From the NCBI GenBank assembly GCA_027623675.1, contig JAQBVF010000004.1:1-64000 (forward strand): a stretch of 64,000 nucleotides of DNA. Reading direction: 5' to 3'. The DNA is from Chloroflexota bacterium (GTDB lineage: Bacteria; Chloroflexota; Dehalococcoidia; Lucifugimonadales; UBA3495). The notes under the pieces were generated by a model that worked only from the letters and a program-made list of their open reading frames with translations, was not told the DNA's origin and did not search any database. Position 1 is the first letter of the stretch. Each line of letters begins with the position of its first letter. The translations under genes and the position numbers were made by a program. This document shows, in pieces, positions 28,215-37,826 of the stretch.

Positions 28215-29288
28215 TTGACCGAACCTTCTGCGCAACCCCCCACGGCTGAGGGGATCGATGAGATAACCCGCTCCGCATCGGCCGAGTTGGACACGCTGGC
28301 AGACCTTGAAGCCGTGGACCAATGGCGGGTTTCGTATCTGGGCCGCCGGGGCGCCCTAACCACAGTTCTTCGCGGCTTAGCGACGTTGGAAGTTGAGGAG
28401 CGTCGGACCGTTGGCGCACTGGCCAACAAGGCCAAGACCACTCTGGAAGAGAAGCTGGAAGAGCGGGTGCGCCAGATCAACGAGGCGAACTTGATGCGCT
28501 CCGCCAGCGAAGACCGTCTGGACGTGACGCTGCCCGGCCGTCCCCCGCTCTCGGGCCGGCTGCACCCCACCACCAAGATCGTCCGCGAGATATGCGACGC
28601 CTTTGTGGCCATGGGGTTTGGTGTGGTGGAAGGCCCCGAGGTCGAATGGGACCACTACAACTTTGAGATGCTGAACATCCCCAAGGGTCACCCGGCCCGG
28701 GACATGTGGAACACCCTTTGGGTGGACTACGAAGACCCCAAGGGCGACAGCGCCATGCTGTTGCGGACCCATACATCACCGATGCAGGCGCGGGTCATGG
28801 AGAGCCGGGAGCCGCCGATCAGGGTGGTGGTGCCGGGCAAGTGCTACCGGTACGAGGCCACCGACGCCACCCACGAATGGCATTTCTATCAGGTGGAAGG
28901 CCTGGCGGTTGGCGAGGGCATCACATTTGCCGACCTCAAGGGCACCCTTTACGAATTCGCCCGCCGGATGTTTGGTGAGGACCGGAAGATACGCTTTCGC
29001 TGCGACTACTTTCCCTTCGTGGAGCCCGGTGTGGACATGTCCATCGACTGCTTCGCCTGCGAGGGAAATGGCGACGGATGCCGCATCTGCCGGGACAGCG
29101 GCTGGATCGAGATCATGGGCGCGGGAATGATTCATCCCAAGGTCCTGGAGGGCGTCGGCTACGACCCTGAGAAGTACACCGGGTTTGCCTTTGGCATGGG
29201 CCCGGAGCGCATCGCCATGCTGAAGTACGGCATCGACGACATACGCCATTTCTATAGCAACGACCTCCGGTTCCTGCGGCAATTCTAG
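28215..29288 (+). CDS. pheS: Phenylalanine--tRNA ligase alpha subunit
   Basis: HPARDM, LLRTHTSPMQ, FYQVEGL, FPFVEP, GFAFGMGPER; TTG start after GGAGG. Confidence 0.97.
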   Translation: MTEPSAQPPTAEGIDEITRSASAELDTLADLEAVDQWRVSYLGRRGALTTVLRGLATLEVEERRTVGALANKAKTTLEEKLEERVRQINEANLMRSASEDRLDVTLPGRPPLSGRLHPTTKIVREICDAFVAMGFGVVEGPEVEWDHYNFEMLNIPKGHPARDMWNTLWVDYEDPKGDSAMLLRTHTSPMQARVMESREPPIRVVVPGKCYRYEATDATHEWHFYQVEGLAVGEGITFADLKGTLYEFARRMFGEDRKIRFRCDYFPFVEPGVDMSIDCFACEGNGDGCRICRDSGWIEIMGAGMIHPKVLEGVGYDPEKYTGFAFGMGPERIAMLKYGIDDIRHFYSNDLRFLRQF

Positions 29289-29384
29289 CTGAAGATCCGG
29301 CGCATCCCGAGTTGAGGCCCCCAACGCGGCCCCGGTCCACCGGCGTTTTGGCCGGCGTCTTAGATCGAGAACTGGATTAGATAG

Positions 29385-31790
29385 ATGAGATTGCCCCTTA
29401 GCTGGCTTAAACAATATGTGGATGTCGACCTTCCGGCCCAGGATCTGGCCCACCGGCTGACCATGGCCGGCATCGAGGTTGGCGAGATCGAGGTCATCGG
29501 CGGGTGGAAAGAGGTCTTTGTCGGGCAGGTGACCGATGTCCGTCCCCATCCCAACGCCGATCGCCTGCGCCTCTGCGTGGTGACCACCGGCGCTGAAGAG
29601 ATGGAAGTCGTCTGCGGCGCGCCGAACGTGGCCGCCGGGCAGAAGATCTGTTTCGCCAAGGTGGGCGCCAACATCTACAACACGCACACCCAGCGGCAGG
29701 AAACACTGGAGGCCGCCACGATACGGGGCGTGGAATCACAGGGCATGATCTGTTCCGCCGTGGAGTTGGGTCTGGGCGACGATCACTCGGGGATCATCGA
29801 GCTTCCCGACGACGCTCCCACCGGTACGCTGCTGGATGACTATCTGGGCGATACCGTGCTGGACCTGGAACTTACCCCCAACCGGCTGGACTGCCTGTCG
29901 GTGTTGGGCGTGGCCCACGAGGTCGCCGCTCTCACGGGGAAGAAAGTTAGAGAGCCGGAGGTCAGCTATGAAGAATCGGGCACGCCCATCGCCGACCAGA
30001 TCAAGATCAGCGTGGCCGACCCCGACCTGTGCCGCCGCTACACGGCCAGCCTGCTGCGGGGAGTTAGTATCGGACCCTCGCCCCAGTGGCTGCAAGACCG
30101 GCTGACAAGCGCGGGACTCCGGCCCATCAACAACGTGGTGGACGTGACCAACTTTGTTATGCTGGAGTACAACCAGCCGCTGCACTCCTTCGACCTCGAC
30201 CTGATCAAGGACGCCACGGTCATCGTGCGCCGGGCGAAACCGGGGGAGAAGTTGATCACCCTGGACGGTGAGGAGCGGAAGCTGAGCGCTGATAACCTGG
30301 TCATCGCCGACGCCAATGACCCCATAGGCCTGGGCGGGGTGATGGGCGGCGCCAACAGCGAGATCAGCGTCGCCACCGTGAACGTGTTGTTGGAATCGGC
30401 CACTTTCGACGGTCCCAACAACCGTGAGACCGCCCAGTCCATGGAACTGCGCACCGAGGCCACGCTTCGGTTCGAGAAGGGGTTGCGCCCGGAGCTAGCG
30501 CCCATCGCCCTGCGGCGCGCCACCCAACTGATCCAGGAAGTCGCCGGCGGAACGATCGCACCCGGTATCGTGGACGTGGTGTCCGGCGAGGGCATCGACG
30601 CGCCGGTGGTCCCTCTGACCAGCGCCAAGATCAAGCGGATGCTGGGCATGGCCGTGGGGATGAAGCAAGTAAAAGAGACCCTGGATGGTCTGGGATTCAC
30701 TTGGGAAGCTGCCGGCCGGGACGAACTTAAAGTCACCGTGCCCTACTGGCGGAACGACGTCAACATAGAGGAGGACCTGGTTGAGGAAGTGGTCCGGACC
30801 ATCGGCTACGATTCCGTCCCCACCACCATGCTATCCAGTCCCATCCCCTTCCAGCAGCCGGTGGCGATCATGGGGCTGCGAGACCAGGTGAAGGACCTGT
30901 TGGCGGCCGCCGGGATTCAGGAAGTTATCAACTATCCGTTGGTGACACTGCAGCAATTGGAGCAGGTGGAATCACTGGACAGGGCCTCCCTGCCCCTGCG
31001 GGTGGCCAATCCGATGAGCTCCGACCGCGAATATCTGCGGCCCACATTGCGGGCCAGCCTGTTGGCCAACCTGGAATCCAACCAGGGCCATGGCGCCGGG
31101 CCGTTTCGCATGTTTGAAGCTGGGCGCACCTTCTGGCCCCGTGAGGGCGATCTGCCCGAGGAACGGGAGACGGTCGCGGGCGTGCTTGCAGGTCTTCGCC
31201 ACGAGCCGTCCTGGCTGGAAGATGAAAGCCTTGTGGATTTCTTTGACGCCAAGGGTGTGGTCGAGTGGCTATTGGCGAGGCTCGGCGTGGCCTCCACCTA
31301 TGAGCCGGCTGACGACCCGGCGTTTCATCCGGGGCGATGCGCCCATATCAAGTTCGGCGATGCGCTACTCGGGATAGTCGGAGAAGTGCACCCGGCGGTC
31401 ATGGCCAGGCTGGGCTTGGAACAGCCGCAGGTGGCGGCGTTCGAGCTATATCTGGACCCGGTACTGGCTGCCCTACCCCGGTCGCAGCGGCAGTTCGAGC
31501 CGTTGCCGGTGTTTCCGTCCGCCACCCGCGACCTGGCGCTGACCATGCCCGCCGACGTTCCAGCGGGCCGGGTTTCCCAGTTGATCATGCGGCACCGCGG
31601 CGTCGACCGGGCCGAGTTGTTCGACATCTACACCGGGGACAATCTGGCGAAAGGCACAAAGTCGCTGGCGTTTCACGTATACTTTCAAGCTAGGGACCGG
31701 ACCCTGACCAACGAAGAAGTCAACAAATCGGTGGACGGGTTGCTCCGAAGCTTGGAACGTGAGTTGAACGTCACGTTGCGAAACGCGTAA
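29385..31790 (+). CDS. pheT: Phenylalanine--tRNA ligase beta subunit
   Basis: HPNADRL, VCGAPNV, ESQGMICS, LTPNRLD, RPINNVVDVTN, C-terminal FDX-ACB RTLTNEEV. Confidence 0.97.
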   Translation: MRLPLSWLKQYVDVDLPAQDLAHRLTMAGIEVGEIEVIGGWKEVFVGQVTDVRPHPNADRLRLCVVTTGAEEMEVVCGAPNVAAGQKICFAKVGANIYNTHTQRQETLEAATIRGVESQGMICSAVELGLGDDHSGIIELPDDAPTGTLLDDYLGDTVLDLELTPNRLDCLSVLGVAHEVAALTGKKVREPEVSYEESGTPIADQIKISVADPDLCRRYTASLLRGVSIGPSPQWLQDRLTSAGLRPINNVVDVTNFVMLEYNQPLHSFDLDLIKDATVIVRRAKPGEKLITLDGEERKLSADNLVIADANDPIGLGGVMGGANSEISVATVNVLLESATFDGPNNRETAQSMELRTEATLRFEKGLRPELAPIALRRATQLIQEVAGGTIAPGIVDVVSGEGIDAPVVPLTSAKIKRMLGMAVGMKQVKETLDGLGFTWEAAGRDELKVTVPYWRNDVNIEEDLVEEVVRTIGYDSVPTTMLSSPIPFQQPVAIMGLRDQVKDLLAAAGIQEVINYPLVTLQQLEQVESLDRASLPLRVANPMSSDREYLRPTLRASLLANLESNQGHGAGPFRMFEAGRTFWPREGDLPEERETVAGVLAGLRHEPSWLEDESLVDFFDAKGVVEWLLARLGVASTYEPADDPAFHPGRCAHIKFGDALLGIVGEVHPAVMARLGLEQPQVAAFELYLDPVLAALPRSQRQFEPLPVFPSATRDLALTMPADVPAGRVSQLIMRHRGVDRAELFDIYTGDNLAKGTKSLAFHVYFQARDRTLTNEEVNKSVDGLLRSLERELNVTLRNA

Positions 31791-31812
31791 TCAGCCGCAA
31801 GCGGTAGCAGAT

Positions 31813-33189
31813 ATGACCAGTCACCATAATCAAAGACATCATGACGGCGGGCACTCGGATGCAAACCGGGTGACGGAGAACCCCCATAGCCACGGCCACG
31901 GGCACTCATCTGAGGACATGCTCAGCGTGGAGGAAGCCCTGGAGCGCGTGATGGCCAGCTTCCACACATTGGAGCCCGAGGAAAAACCTCTGCTCGAATG
32001 CATGGGGCAGGTCTTGGCCGAGGACATCAGCTCACCCATCGCGCTGCCGCCGCTGAACAACTCGGGCATGGACGGGTATGCCCTGCTCCACAGCGACATC
32101 TCCGGGGCCTCTAAAGCGAACCCCAAGAACCTGAGCGTGATCGGCGTCGTGGCGGCGGGTCAGATGCCCGACAAGACCGTTACTACCGGCACCGCCATGC
32201 GCATCATGACCGGGGCGCCGGTGCCCGACGGCGCCGACACCGTGGTGCCTTTTGAAGAGACCGACGAGGTGGAGCGCAAACGGGAGGGCAAGCCCTTGGA
32301 CCAGGTGGCCATCTTCGCCGACATGCCTCCGGGCTGCAACGTGCGGCCCGCCGGAGAGGACGTTAGCCGGGGCGCGTTGGTGCTGCAGAAGGGCACGGTG
32401 GTGCGGGCCGCCGAGGTTGGCGTGATCGCGTCGCTGGGGCTGGATAAGGTAAAGGTGGTGCGCCGTCCGGTGGTGGCGATCCTGGCCACGGGGGACGAGC
32501 TTGAGATTACCGGCACCCCGCTGACAGGCGGCAAGATCTACGACTCGAACAGCTTCAGCGTGGCTGCGTCAGTGATAGCCAGCGGCGGCATTCCAAAGAT
32601 ATTGGGCATCGCGCGGGATAACTTGGCTGATCTGAATGCCAGATTGGAAGCGACTGCCGGGGCCGATCTAGTGGTGACATCAGCGGGCGTATCCAAGGGC
32701 GATTATGATATGGTGAAAGATGTGCTTAACCAAAGGGGCGAGATGAACTTCTGGTCCGTGCGGATGCGCCCGGCCAAGCCCCTGGCGTTTGGGCATCTAA
32801 ACGGTCCTGCCGCCACCCACGGAAAGGACATTCCACTCCTGGGACTGCCTGGCAATCCGGTGAGCGCCATGGTGGCCTTCGAGATGTTCGCCAGGCCCGC
32901 GATACGCGCCATGCTCGGCAAGGCTGTGAGGCCTCGGCCCGTCGTTGAAGGCGTGCTTACCAGTGCCATCCGAAATGAGGACGGCCGCCGGGTTTATGCT
33001 AGGGTAGAAGTGGAACTGAAAGACGGAACGTATCAGGCGACCCCCACCGGACCCCAGGGATCCAATATCCTAACCTCCATGTCCAAAGCCAATGGTCTGG
33101 CGATCTGCCCCGAGGACCTGCCGGGTAAGAACGCTGGCGATCGGGTGCAGATTATCATGCTGGACTGGAACGAAGAGGTGCAAGTATGA
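31813..33189 (+). CDS. moeA: Molybdopterin molybdotransferase with His-rich N-terminus
   Basis: NSGMDGYA, RIMTGAPVP.GADTVV, TGDEL, IYDSNS, GVSKGDYD, LPGNPVS. Confidence 0.94.
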   Translation: MTSHHNQRHHDGGHSDANRVTENPHSHGHGHSSEDMLSVEEALERVMASFHTLEPEEKPLLECMGQVLAEDISSPIALPPLNNSGMDGYALLHSDISGASKANPKNLSVIGVVAAGQMPDKTVTTGTAMRIMTGAPVPDGADTVVPFEETDEVERKREGKPLDQVAIFADMPPGCNVRPAGEDVSRGALVLQKGTVVRAAEVGVIASLGLDKVKVVRRPVVAILATGDELEITGTPLTGGKIYDSNSFSVAASVIASGGIPKILGIARDNLADLNARLEATAGADLVVTSAGVSKGDYDMVKDVLNQRGEMNFWSVRMRPAKPLAFGHLNGPAATHGKDIPLLGLPGNPVSAMVAFEMFARPAIRAMLGKAVRPRPVVEGVLTSAIRNEDGRRVYARVEVELKDGTYQATPTGPQGSNILTSMSKANGLAICPEDLPGKNAGDRVQIIMLDWNEEVQV

Positions 33190-33671
33190 CAACAGAAGAC
33201 CCCAACACCGAAGAGATGGCCCCCGAGGCTTCCCCCGAAACTTCCCTAGAGATTTCGCCAGAGACCTCGCCCGAGGAACAGCCGGAACGGGAAAACCCCA
33301 TGTTCCTGATCAGCGTTGAACGCCTGGACAGACTCGAGCGGTCGCCGGTGCATCTGGTTGCCGGGCGGCTGGCGCCGACCAGCCCATCCAAGTCCAAGCC
33401 GATCAGTGAGCTTGGCGATGTGAAGGGCTTGATCCGGGAGATCGCCAAGAATTACAAGAACGACCCCGACTTCATCCGGTCGGACATGCCGGTGCAGGAG
33501 ATCGTCTTCCGGACACTGCTGGCCCGGGGCAACCGCCCCATGTCGCTCTCTGACTTGCATTACGAGCTTACAGAGCGGTGGGCGACGCCGATCCGCCCCA
33601 TAGTGATCACCGAAGAGCGGTTGCTGCGCATCTTGGACAACGACAGCTACTATGGGTTCGCCCGTAAATAG
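33186..33671 (+). CDS. Hypothetical protein, possible winged-helix C-terminus
   Basis: ATGA overlap with moeA; SPET-repeat N-terminus; VFRTLLARGNRPMSLSDLHYEL. Confidence 0.7.
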   Translation: MTTEDPNTEEMAPEASPETSLEISPETSPEEQPERENPMFLISVERLDRLERSPVHLVAGRLAPTSPSKSKPISELGDVKGLIREIAKNYKNDPDFIRSDMPVQEIVFRTLLARGNRPMSLSDLHYELTERWATPIRPIVITEERLLRILDNDSYYGFARK

Positions 33672-33715
33672 CGGTCCCGGGCAAGCCGCTTCCTTAGGCG
33701 ACAAACAAAGGCCAC

Positions 33716-33752
33716 AAAAAAACCGGGGTGTGAGAACACCCCGGTTTTTCTT
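33716..33752. terminator. Bidirectional Rho-independent terminator
   Basis: AAAAAAACCGGGGTGT-gaga-ACACCCCGGTTTTT between convergent genes. Confidence 0.85.
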
Positions 33753-33770
33753 GTTCGCTTTTAAGGCCGT

Positions 33771-34133
33771 TTAAGCGGCGGCCAGCTGCTCGTTGGCCAC
33801 TGCCACCAACTTCTTGAAGGCATCCGGGTCGTGGAAAGCCATGTCGGCCATGATCTTTCGGTCCAGCTCAACCCCGGCCAGCTTCAGGCCGTGCATGAAC
33901 TGGCCGTAGTTGGTCCCGGCTTCGCGGCAGGCCGCATTGATGCGGACGATCCACAGCCGGCGGAACTCGCCCTTGCGCTCACGGCGATGCCGGTAGGCGT
34001 AGGACCAAGCGTGCATGACCGCTTCTTTGGCCCATTTGTAGTTACGGGAAGATGCGCCGCTATAGCCTTTGGCGGCCTTTAATATCTTTTTGTGGCGGGC
34101 GCGTTTAGTGACGCCGCGTTTGACTCTAGACAA
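33771..34133 (-). CDS. rplT: 50S ribosomal protein L20
   Basis: [37 protein letters not shown]. Confidence 0.98.
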   Translation of the reverse strand: MSRVKRGVTKRARHKKILKAAKGYSGASSRNYKWAKEAVMHAWSYAYRHRRERKGEFRRLWIVRINAACREAGTNYGQFMHGLKLAGVELDRKIMADMAFHDPDAFKKLVAVANEQLAAA

Positions 34134-34159
34134 GGGTTAATCTCCGGTAGGGGTCTGGT

Positions 34160-34357
34160 TCAGCCGTAGGGAAGCATCCGATGCAGGCGCTTGTAGTCCG
34201 CGGGATCTACGGCCAACTTATCGGAAAACTTTCTAGTTACCTTGGTGGGCTTCTTGCGCCTGAGGTGGCTGCTCATGCGTTTGCGGCGCATCAGCTTGCC
34301 GGTGCCGGTTACGTGTATTCGGGCCTTGGCCCCTTTATGTGTTTTAAGTTTTGGCAT
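34160..34357 (-). CDS. rpmI: 50S ribosomal protein L35
   Basis: MPKLKTHKGAKARI..TGTGK..HLRRKK..LPYG. Confidence 0.96.
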   Translation of the reverse strand: MPKLKTHKGAKARIHVTGTGKLMRRKRMSSHLRRKKPTKVTRKFSDKLAVDPADYKRLHRMLPYG

Positions 34358-34928
34358 CTGCCAGTTCTTCTTGTCCCTGATTGGTTTCTTTTGGAGCGCC
34401 ATCCGCCTTCTCACTCTGGGTGAGAGCCGGAATAAGCACCATGGACAGCGCCCGGCCTTCCATGGTCGGGGGGCGTTCCAAACGCACTTCTTCTTTCAGT
34501 TCGTCGGCCACCCGCTTGAGGACTGAGAGCCCCAGTTGCTGATGGGCGGCTTCGCGTCCCCGGAATCGGACGGTGAGCTTGACCTTGGAACCATCGTTGA
34601 TGAACTCGCGAATCTTGCGAGTCTTGGCGTCCAAGTCGTGGGTCCCAATATTGGGCCGGAAACGCACCTCTTTCTGCTCGGTGCTTCGCTGACCCTTCTT
34701 GGATTCGCGTTCCTTCTTGGAGGTGAGGTAAAGGAGTTTGCCGTAGTCCAGCAACCTGCAGACGGGAGGGTCGGAGTTAGGAGCCACCTCGACCAAGTCT
34801 ACTTCAGCGTCGCGCGCGAGTTGAAGTGCTCGTGAGACATCCATCACGCCGAGCTGGGCCCCATTGTCACCGATGACTCGAACCTGGGGGCTGTTTATCC
34901 GCTCGTTGACCCGATACTGTCTAGCTAT
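34344..34928 (-). CDS. infC: Translation initiation factor IF-3 (ATA start)
   Basis: In-frame ATA after GGAGGT SD gives IARQYRVNERI; DLVEVAP, PPVCRLLDYGK, KEVRFRP, RFRGRE. Confidence 0.95.
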   Translation of the reverse strand: MARQYRVNERINSPQVRVIGDNGAQLGVMDVSRALQLARDAEVDLVEVAPNSDPPVCRLLDYGKLLYLTSKKERESKKGQRSTEQKEVRFRPNIGTHDLDAKTRKIREFINDGSKVKLTVRFRGREAAHQQLGLSVLKRVADELKEEVRLERPPTMEGRALSMVLIPALTQSEKADGAPKETNQGQEELADAKT

Positions 34929-35253
34929 GCTCTGTTACCTCCGATATATTCCTCGCCATTAACGTAAACGATAAGTGGAATCACTCTACCATAAGGCCCG
35001 TACAGCGTCAATCAAAATCGGGCGTGGCCACGCCTGCCGGAAGGCCTCTCGTCCATCGCGGCCCAGCGGGCCGGACATGGCACCGCCGCCCAGCTTGAAA
35101 CCGGACCCGCCAAACTCGCCGATGGCGTACCTGTTTCCATCAGATCGGTCTGGGTGGTGTCGATAGCGTACCAACTGCTGGGTTAGTGCCACGGAGTTTG
35201 GGTGCAAGGGAGCGAATGCCAACCACACCGTTTTCCCGGCCTGGATCCTGGGT

Positions 35254-36195
35254 CTATCGCTGGGGAGATTCGTCGTTGGGGTCGTCGTCATCCAGGTCTA
35301 GGTCCTGGTCCGGGTCTATGTTGGTGTCCACGCTGGAGCCCAAGCCCTGGAGGAACTCTTCGACCATCGGGGAGAGGGGCGCGCTGGATGGCCCGCCGCT
35401 TCCGTTCTCGCGGTCGTAACGCTCCTCAAGCCGTTGCAAGAGGCTGGCCACATCCGCGGTGTCGGTGACGATGTTCTGCAGCGATGCGTATTGCTGGCGG
35501 CCACGCTCGGCGTCGGCCAGGCGGCTGGGCAGTCCGTAGATCGTGCAGAGTATCTGCATGAGCCGCGCCGTGCCGGTGAAGTCCTCTTCCACCTGGAAGT
35601 ATTGGGGCAGGTGCACCACGAAGATGCGGGTCTCAACGCCCATCGCCTCGCAGGCATTGGAGATCAGATAGGTGATGGTCGTGGGACCTTCGTAGTCGCT
35701 GGGGCGCACGCCGACCAGCTTGTATTCATCCTGGTTATCGGTGTCCACCGTGCCGCCTGAAACCAGCAGCGGGCGCGTGTGGGGGACCATGTCGTACATG
35801 GCGCCGATCATCGAATATCGCTTGATGCCGAGATGCTTTAGCACCTCGATCACCGAGTCGGTGTAATCTTCGCCGTAGAGATGTGGTTCCAGCAGGTGCA
35901 GCGTGACCAGGTCGGGACCGTTCTCCCGGATGGACACGTTGATGGTGGTCGAGGGGATGTTGTACTCACGCACACCCTGTTTCAAGACGGACCTGGGCCG
36001 GTAGCGGGTGAAGTCGTAATAGCGGCCAGGCTTGACCAGGCGGCCAATCTCCTTGGACTCGAGGTGGCGTTCGATACGCCGCAGGGTCAGCGTTCCCACG
36101 TTTCCCACGTCGATCCATGGCCGTAGGACCGCCAGGACATGCGGGTCTTTCAGCTCGGGAATAGGCTCTGGGAATTCAAAATCACCGATGCGCAT
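35254..36195 (-). CDS. PAC2 (proteasome assembly chaperone-like) family protein
   Basis: PWIDVGNVG, YYDFTRYRP, EPH, MVPHTRP, YEGPT, HLPQY; probable start MRIGDF. Confidence 0.85.
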   Translation of the reverse strand: MRIGDFEFPEPIPELKDPHVLAVLRPWIDVGNVGTLTLRRIERHLESKEIGRLVKPGRYYDFTRYRPRSVLKQGVREYNIPSTTINVSIRENGPDLVTLHLLEPHLYGEDYTDSVIEVLKHLGIKRYSMIGAMYDMVPHTRPLLVSGGTVDTDNQDEYKLVGVRPSDYEGPTTITYLISNACEAMGVETRIFVVHLPQYFQVEEDFTGTARLMQILCTIYGLPSRLADAERGRQQYASLQNIVTDTADVASLLQRLEERYDRENGSGGPSSAPLSPMVEEFLQGLGSSVDTNIDPDQDLDLDDDDPNDESPQR

Positions 36196-36410
36196 CAATC
36201 TAGTTTGACAGTGGAGAATTGGTTTGACAAGGGCAAGACATCCGGCCTGGGGGGATTTCCCGGCTTGGATCAAACCGTGTTTGGGGCGTGTGTCGAAAAC
36301 CGGAACTTTGGTATCATACGTAGCTAGAAACAGAGGGGTTGCCGGTCTGGTTTCAATGCGAACCGGCCCGGGGGAACCGGCTTTAGGTTCACCAGGATCA
36401 AGAAGGGCGG

Positions 36411-37007
36411 ATGCAGGCTAAATACCCGGCAGTTCTGACCATCATCATCGCTATCTTCCTGCTGACGGCCTGCGGCGGTGAAGCAGCCACGCCCAAGGTG
36501 GAAACACCGGGAGACTCGGAATCCGCGCCGGCCTCAGATACCCCGACTGCTATTCCCATCTGGCGTTACGTGAACAGCGGTTGGGTTTCGCCGTTGGACG
36601 CGCCAGACGCCAACGCGTTTTCCAAGGAACTGCGGGCGGTCATCATCACTAGCAACCTGGAGATGGAGCGATTTAACCGCGCAACGCCCAGCAAACGGAC
36701 GTTCGGGACCGGCGCCACCTTGGGCCGGCCGGAATTTCCCGGTTCGGTGGTCTTGGCGGTTTATCTCATGTGGCAGCCGTTCCAGGGGGACCCGCTATCG
36801 GTTGTCGGACTCACGATCGAAGGCAACCGGGCCGTCGTGGATCTGGAACTTGACGAGGACGCCCAGGGCCGGGAGTACCCCTACCTGTTTGCGCCCATGA
36901 CCATGGTCATGGTGGACCGTTCTGAGTTTCCGGAGCAGGGGCCTGTGGAGTTCGAGTTCAGGCTGGATGGCCTGGCGCCGGTTATTGTTTCCGACTCGCT
37001 GGAATAG
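36411..37007 (+). CDS. Putative lipoprotein
   Basis: Signal peptide with lipobox LTAC. Confidence 0.7.
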   Translation: MQAKYPAVLTIIIAIFLLTACGGEAATPKVETPGDSESAPASDTPTAIPIWRYVNSGWVSPLDAPDANAFSKELRAVIITSNLEMERFNRATPSKRTFGTGATLGRPEFPGSVVLAVYLMWQPFQGDPLSVVGLTIEGNRAVVDLELDEDAQGREYPYLFAPMTMVMVDRSEFPEQGPVEFEFRLDGLAPVIVSDSLE

Positions 37008-37065
37008 GTCTTAGCCAAGGCGGGTCACCGGGTCAAAAAATAAGAACCGGAGACACGAAGAATCT

Positions 37066-37101
37066 CTAAGGGGCGTCCCGATCGATCGGGACGCCCCTTA
37101 G
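37066..37101. repeat. Perfect 36-bp palindrome, probably a terminator between convergent genes
   Basis: CTAAGGGGCGTCCCGATC|GATCGGGACGCCCCTTAG. Confidence 0.85.
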
Positions 37102-37162
37102 CATTGGAGCCGCGTTGGAACCCGCAGGGTCCTCTGAAACGCGGCGCTTTGATAGGCGGTGC

Positions 37163-37711
37163 TTACTGGGGTATCTCGGCGACCATGCCTTCGCCCAGTT
37201 CCACGTCCATGGTGCAGAGGACCTGGGCCACCAGCAGGTAGTGCCCGACCAGCACGGCTAGGTGCAGGGTGTCCTGTTCGCCGAACCGGTCCACCAAGCC
37301 CTTGTAGGTGGCGTCCTTCACCTTGTGGTCACGGAGCAGCTCGTGGACATAACTGACCAGTTGGGCCTCGTCGCCCGAGAGTCCGGCTGGCGCGGTTCCG
37401 TCGGCAATGGCCTTGATGGTCTTGTCGGAGACTCCGGCGGCCCGGGCCAATTTTGCGTGGGCCGAGAACTCGTACTGGGAATTCATCTCCTTTGCGGTGG
37501 AGATAATCACGGTCTCTTTCAGGGCCTCGGGGATTCCGAACTCGTAGCGCACGAAAGCGCCGGTGTCGGCCACGCGGGCGGCCAGCTTGGGGCTATGGAG
37601 CAGCACACCGTAGGGGCCGCGGATGCTGCCGCGGGTGCCGACTATGGAGTCGAAATACTCGTGGTCTTCAGGCTTAAGTTGGTCTCTGGTAACGGCGGGA
37701 AGTCTGGCCAT
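37163..37711 (-). CDS. Carboxymuconolactone decarboxylase/AhpD-like protein
   Basis: GPYGVLLHSP, LKETVII..YEFSAHAKLARAAG, LVGHY. Confidence 0.85.
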   Translation of the reverse strand: MARLPAVTRDQLKPEDHEYFDSIVGTRGSIRGPYGVLLHSPKLAARVADTGAFVRYEFGIPEALKETVIISTAKEMNSQYEFSAHAKLARAAGVSDKTIKAIADGTAPAGLSGDEAQLVSYVHELLRDHKVKDATYKGLVDRFGEQDTLHLAVLVGHYLLVAQVLCTMDVELGEGMVAEIPQ

Positions 37712-37826
37712 TTGGGTTTCTCCTTTTGGTTGGTGTTGCGGTTCAGATTTGGCTGGTTGAGGAAGGTGGCCTCACCCGAGCTGTCCATCTCAGTGGAGAA
37801 GGGACTCGTCGTCTCGACTGAGTCCC

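Noticed and set aside
34986..35291. 101-aa ORF between the PAC2 gene and infC
   Set aside because: It overlaps the PAC2 tail and has no SD or recognisable motifs.
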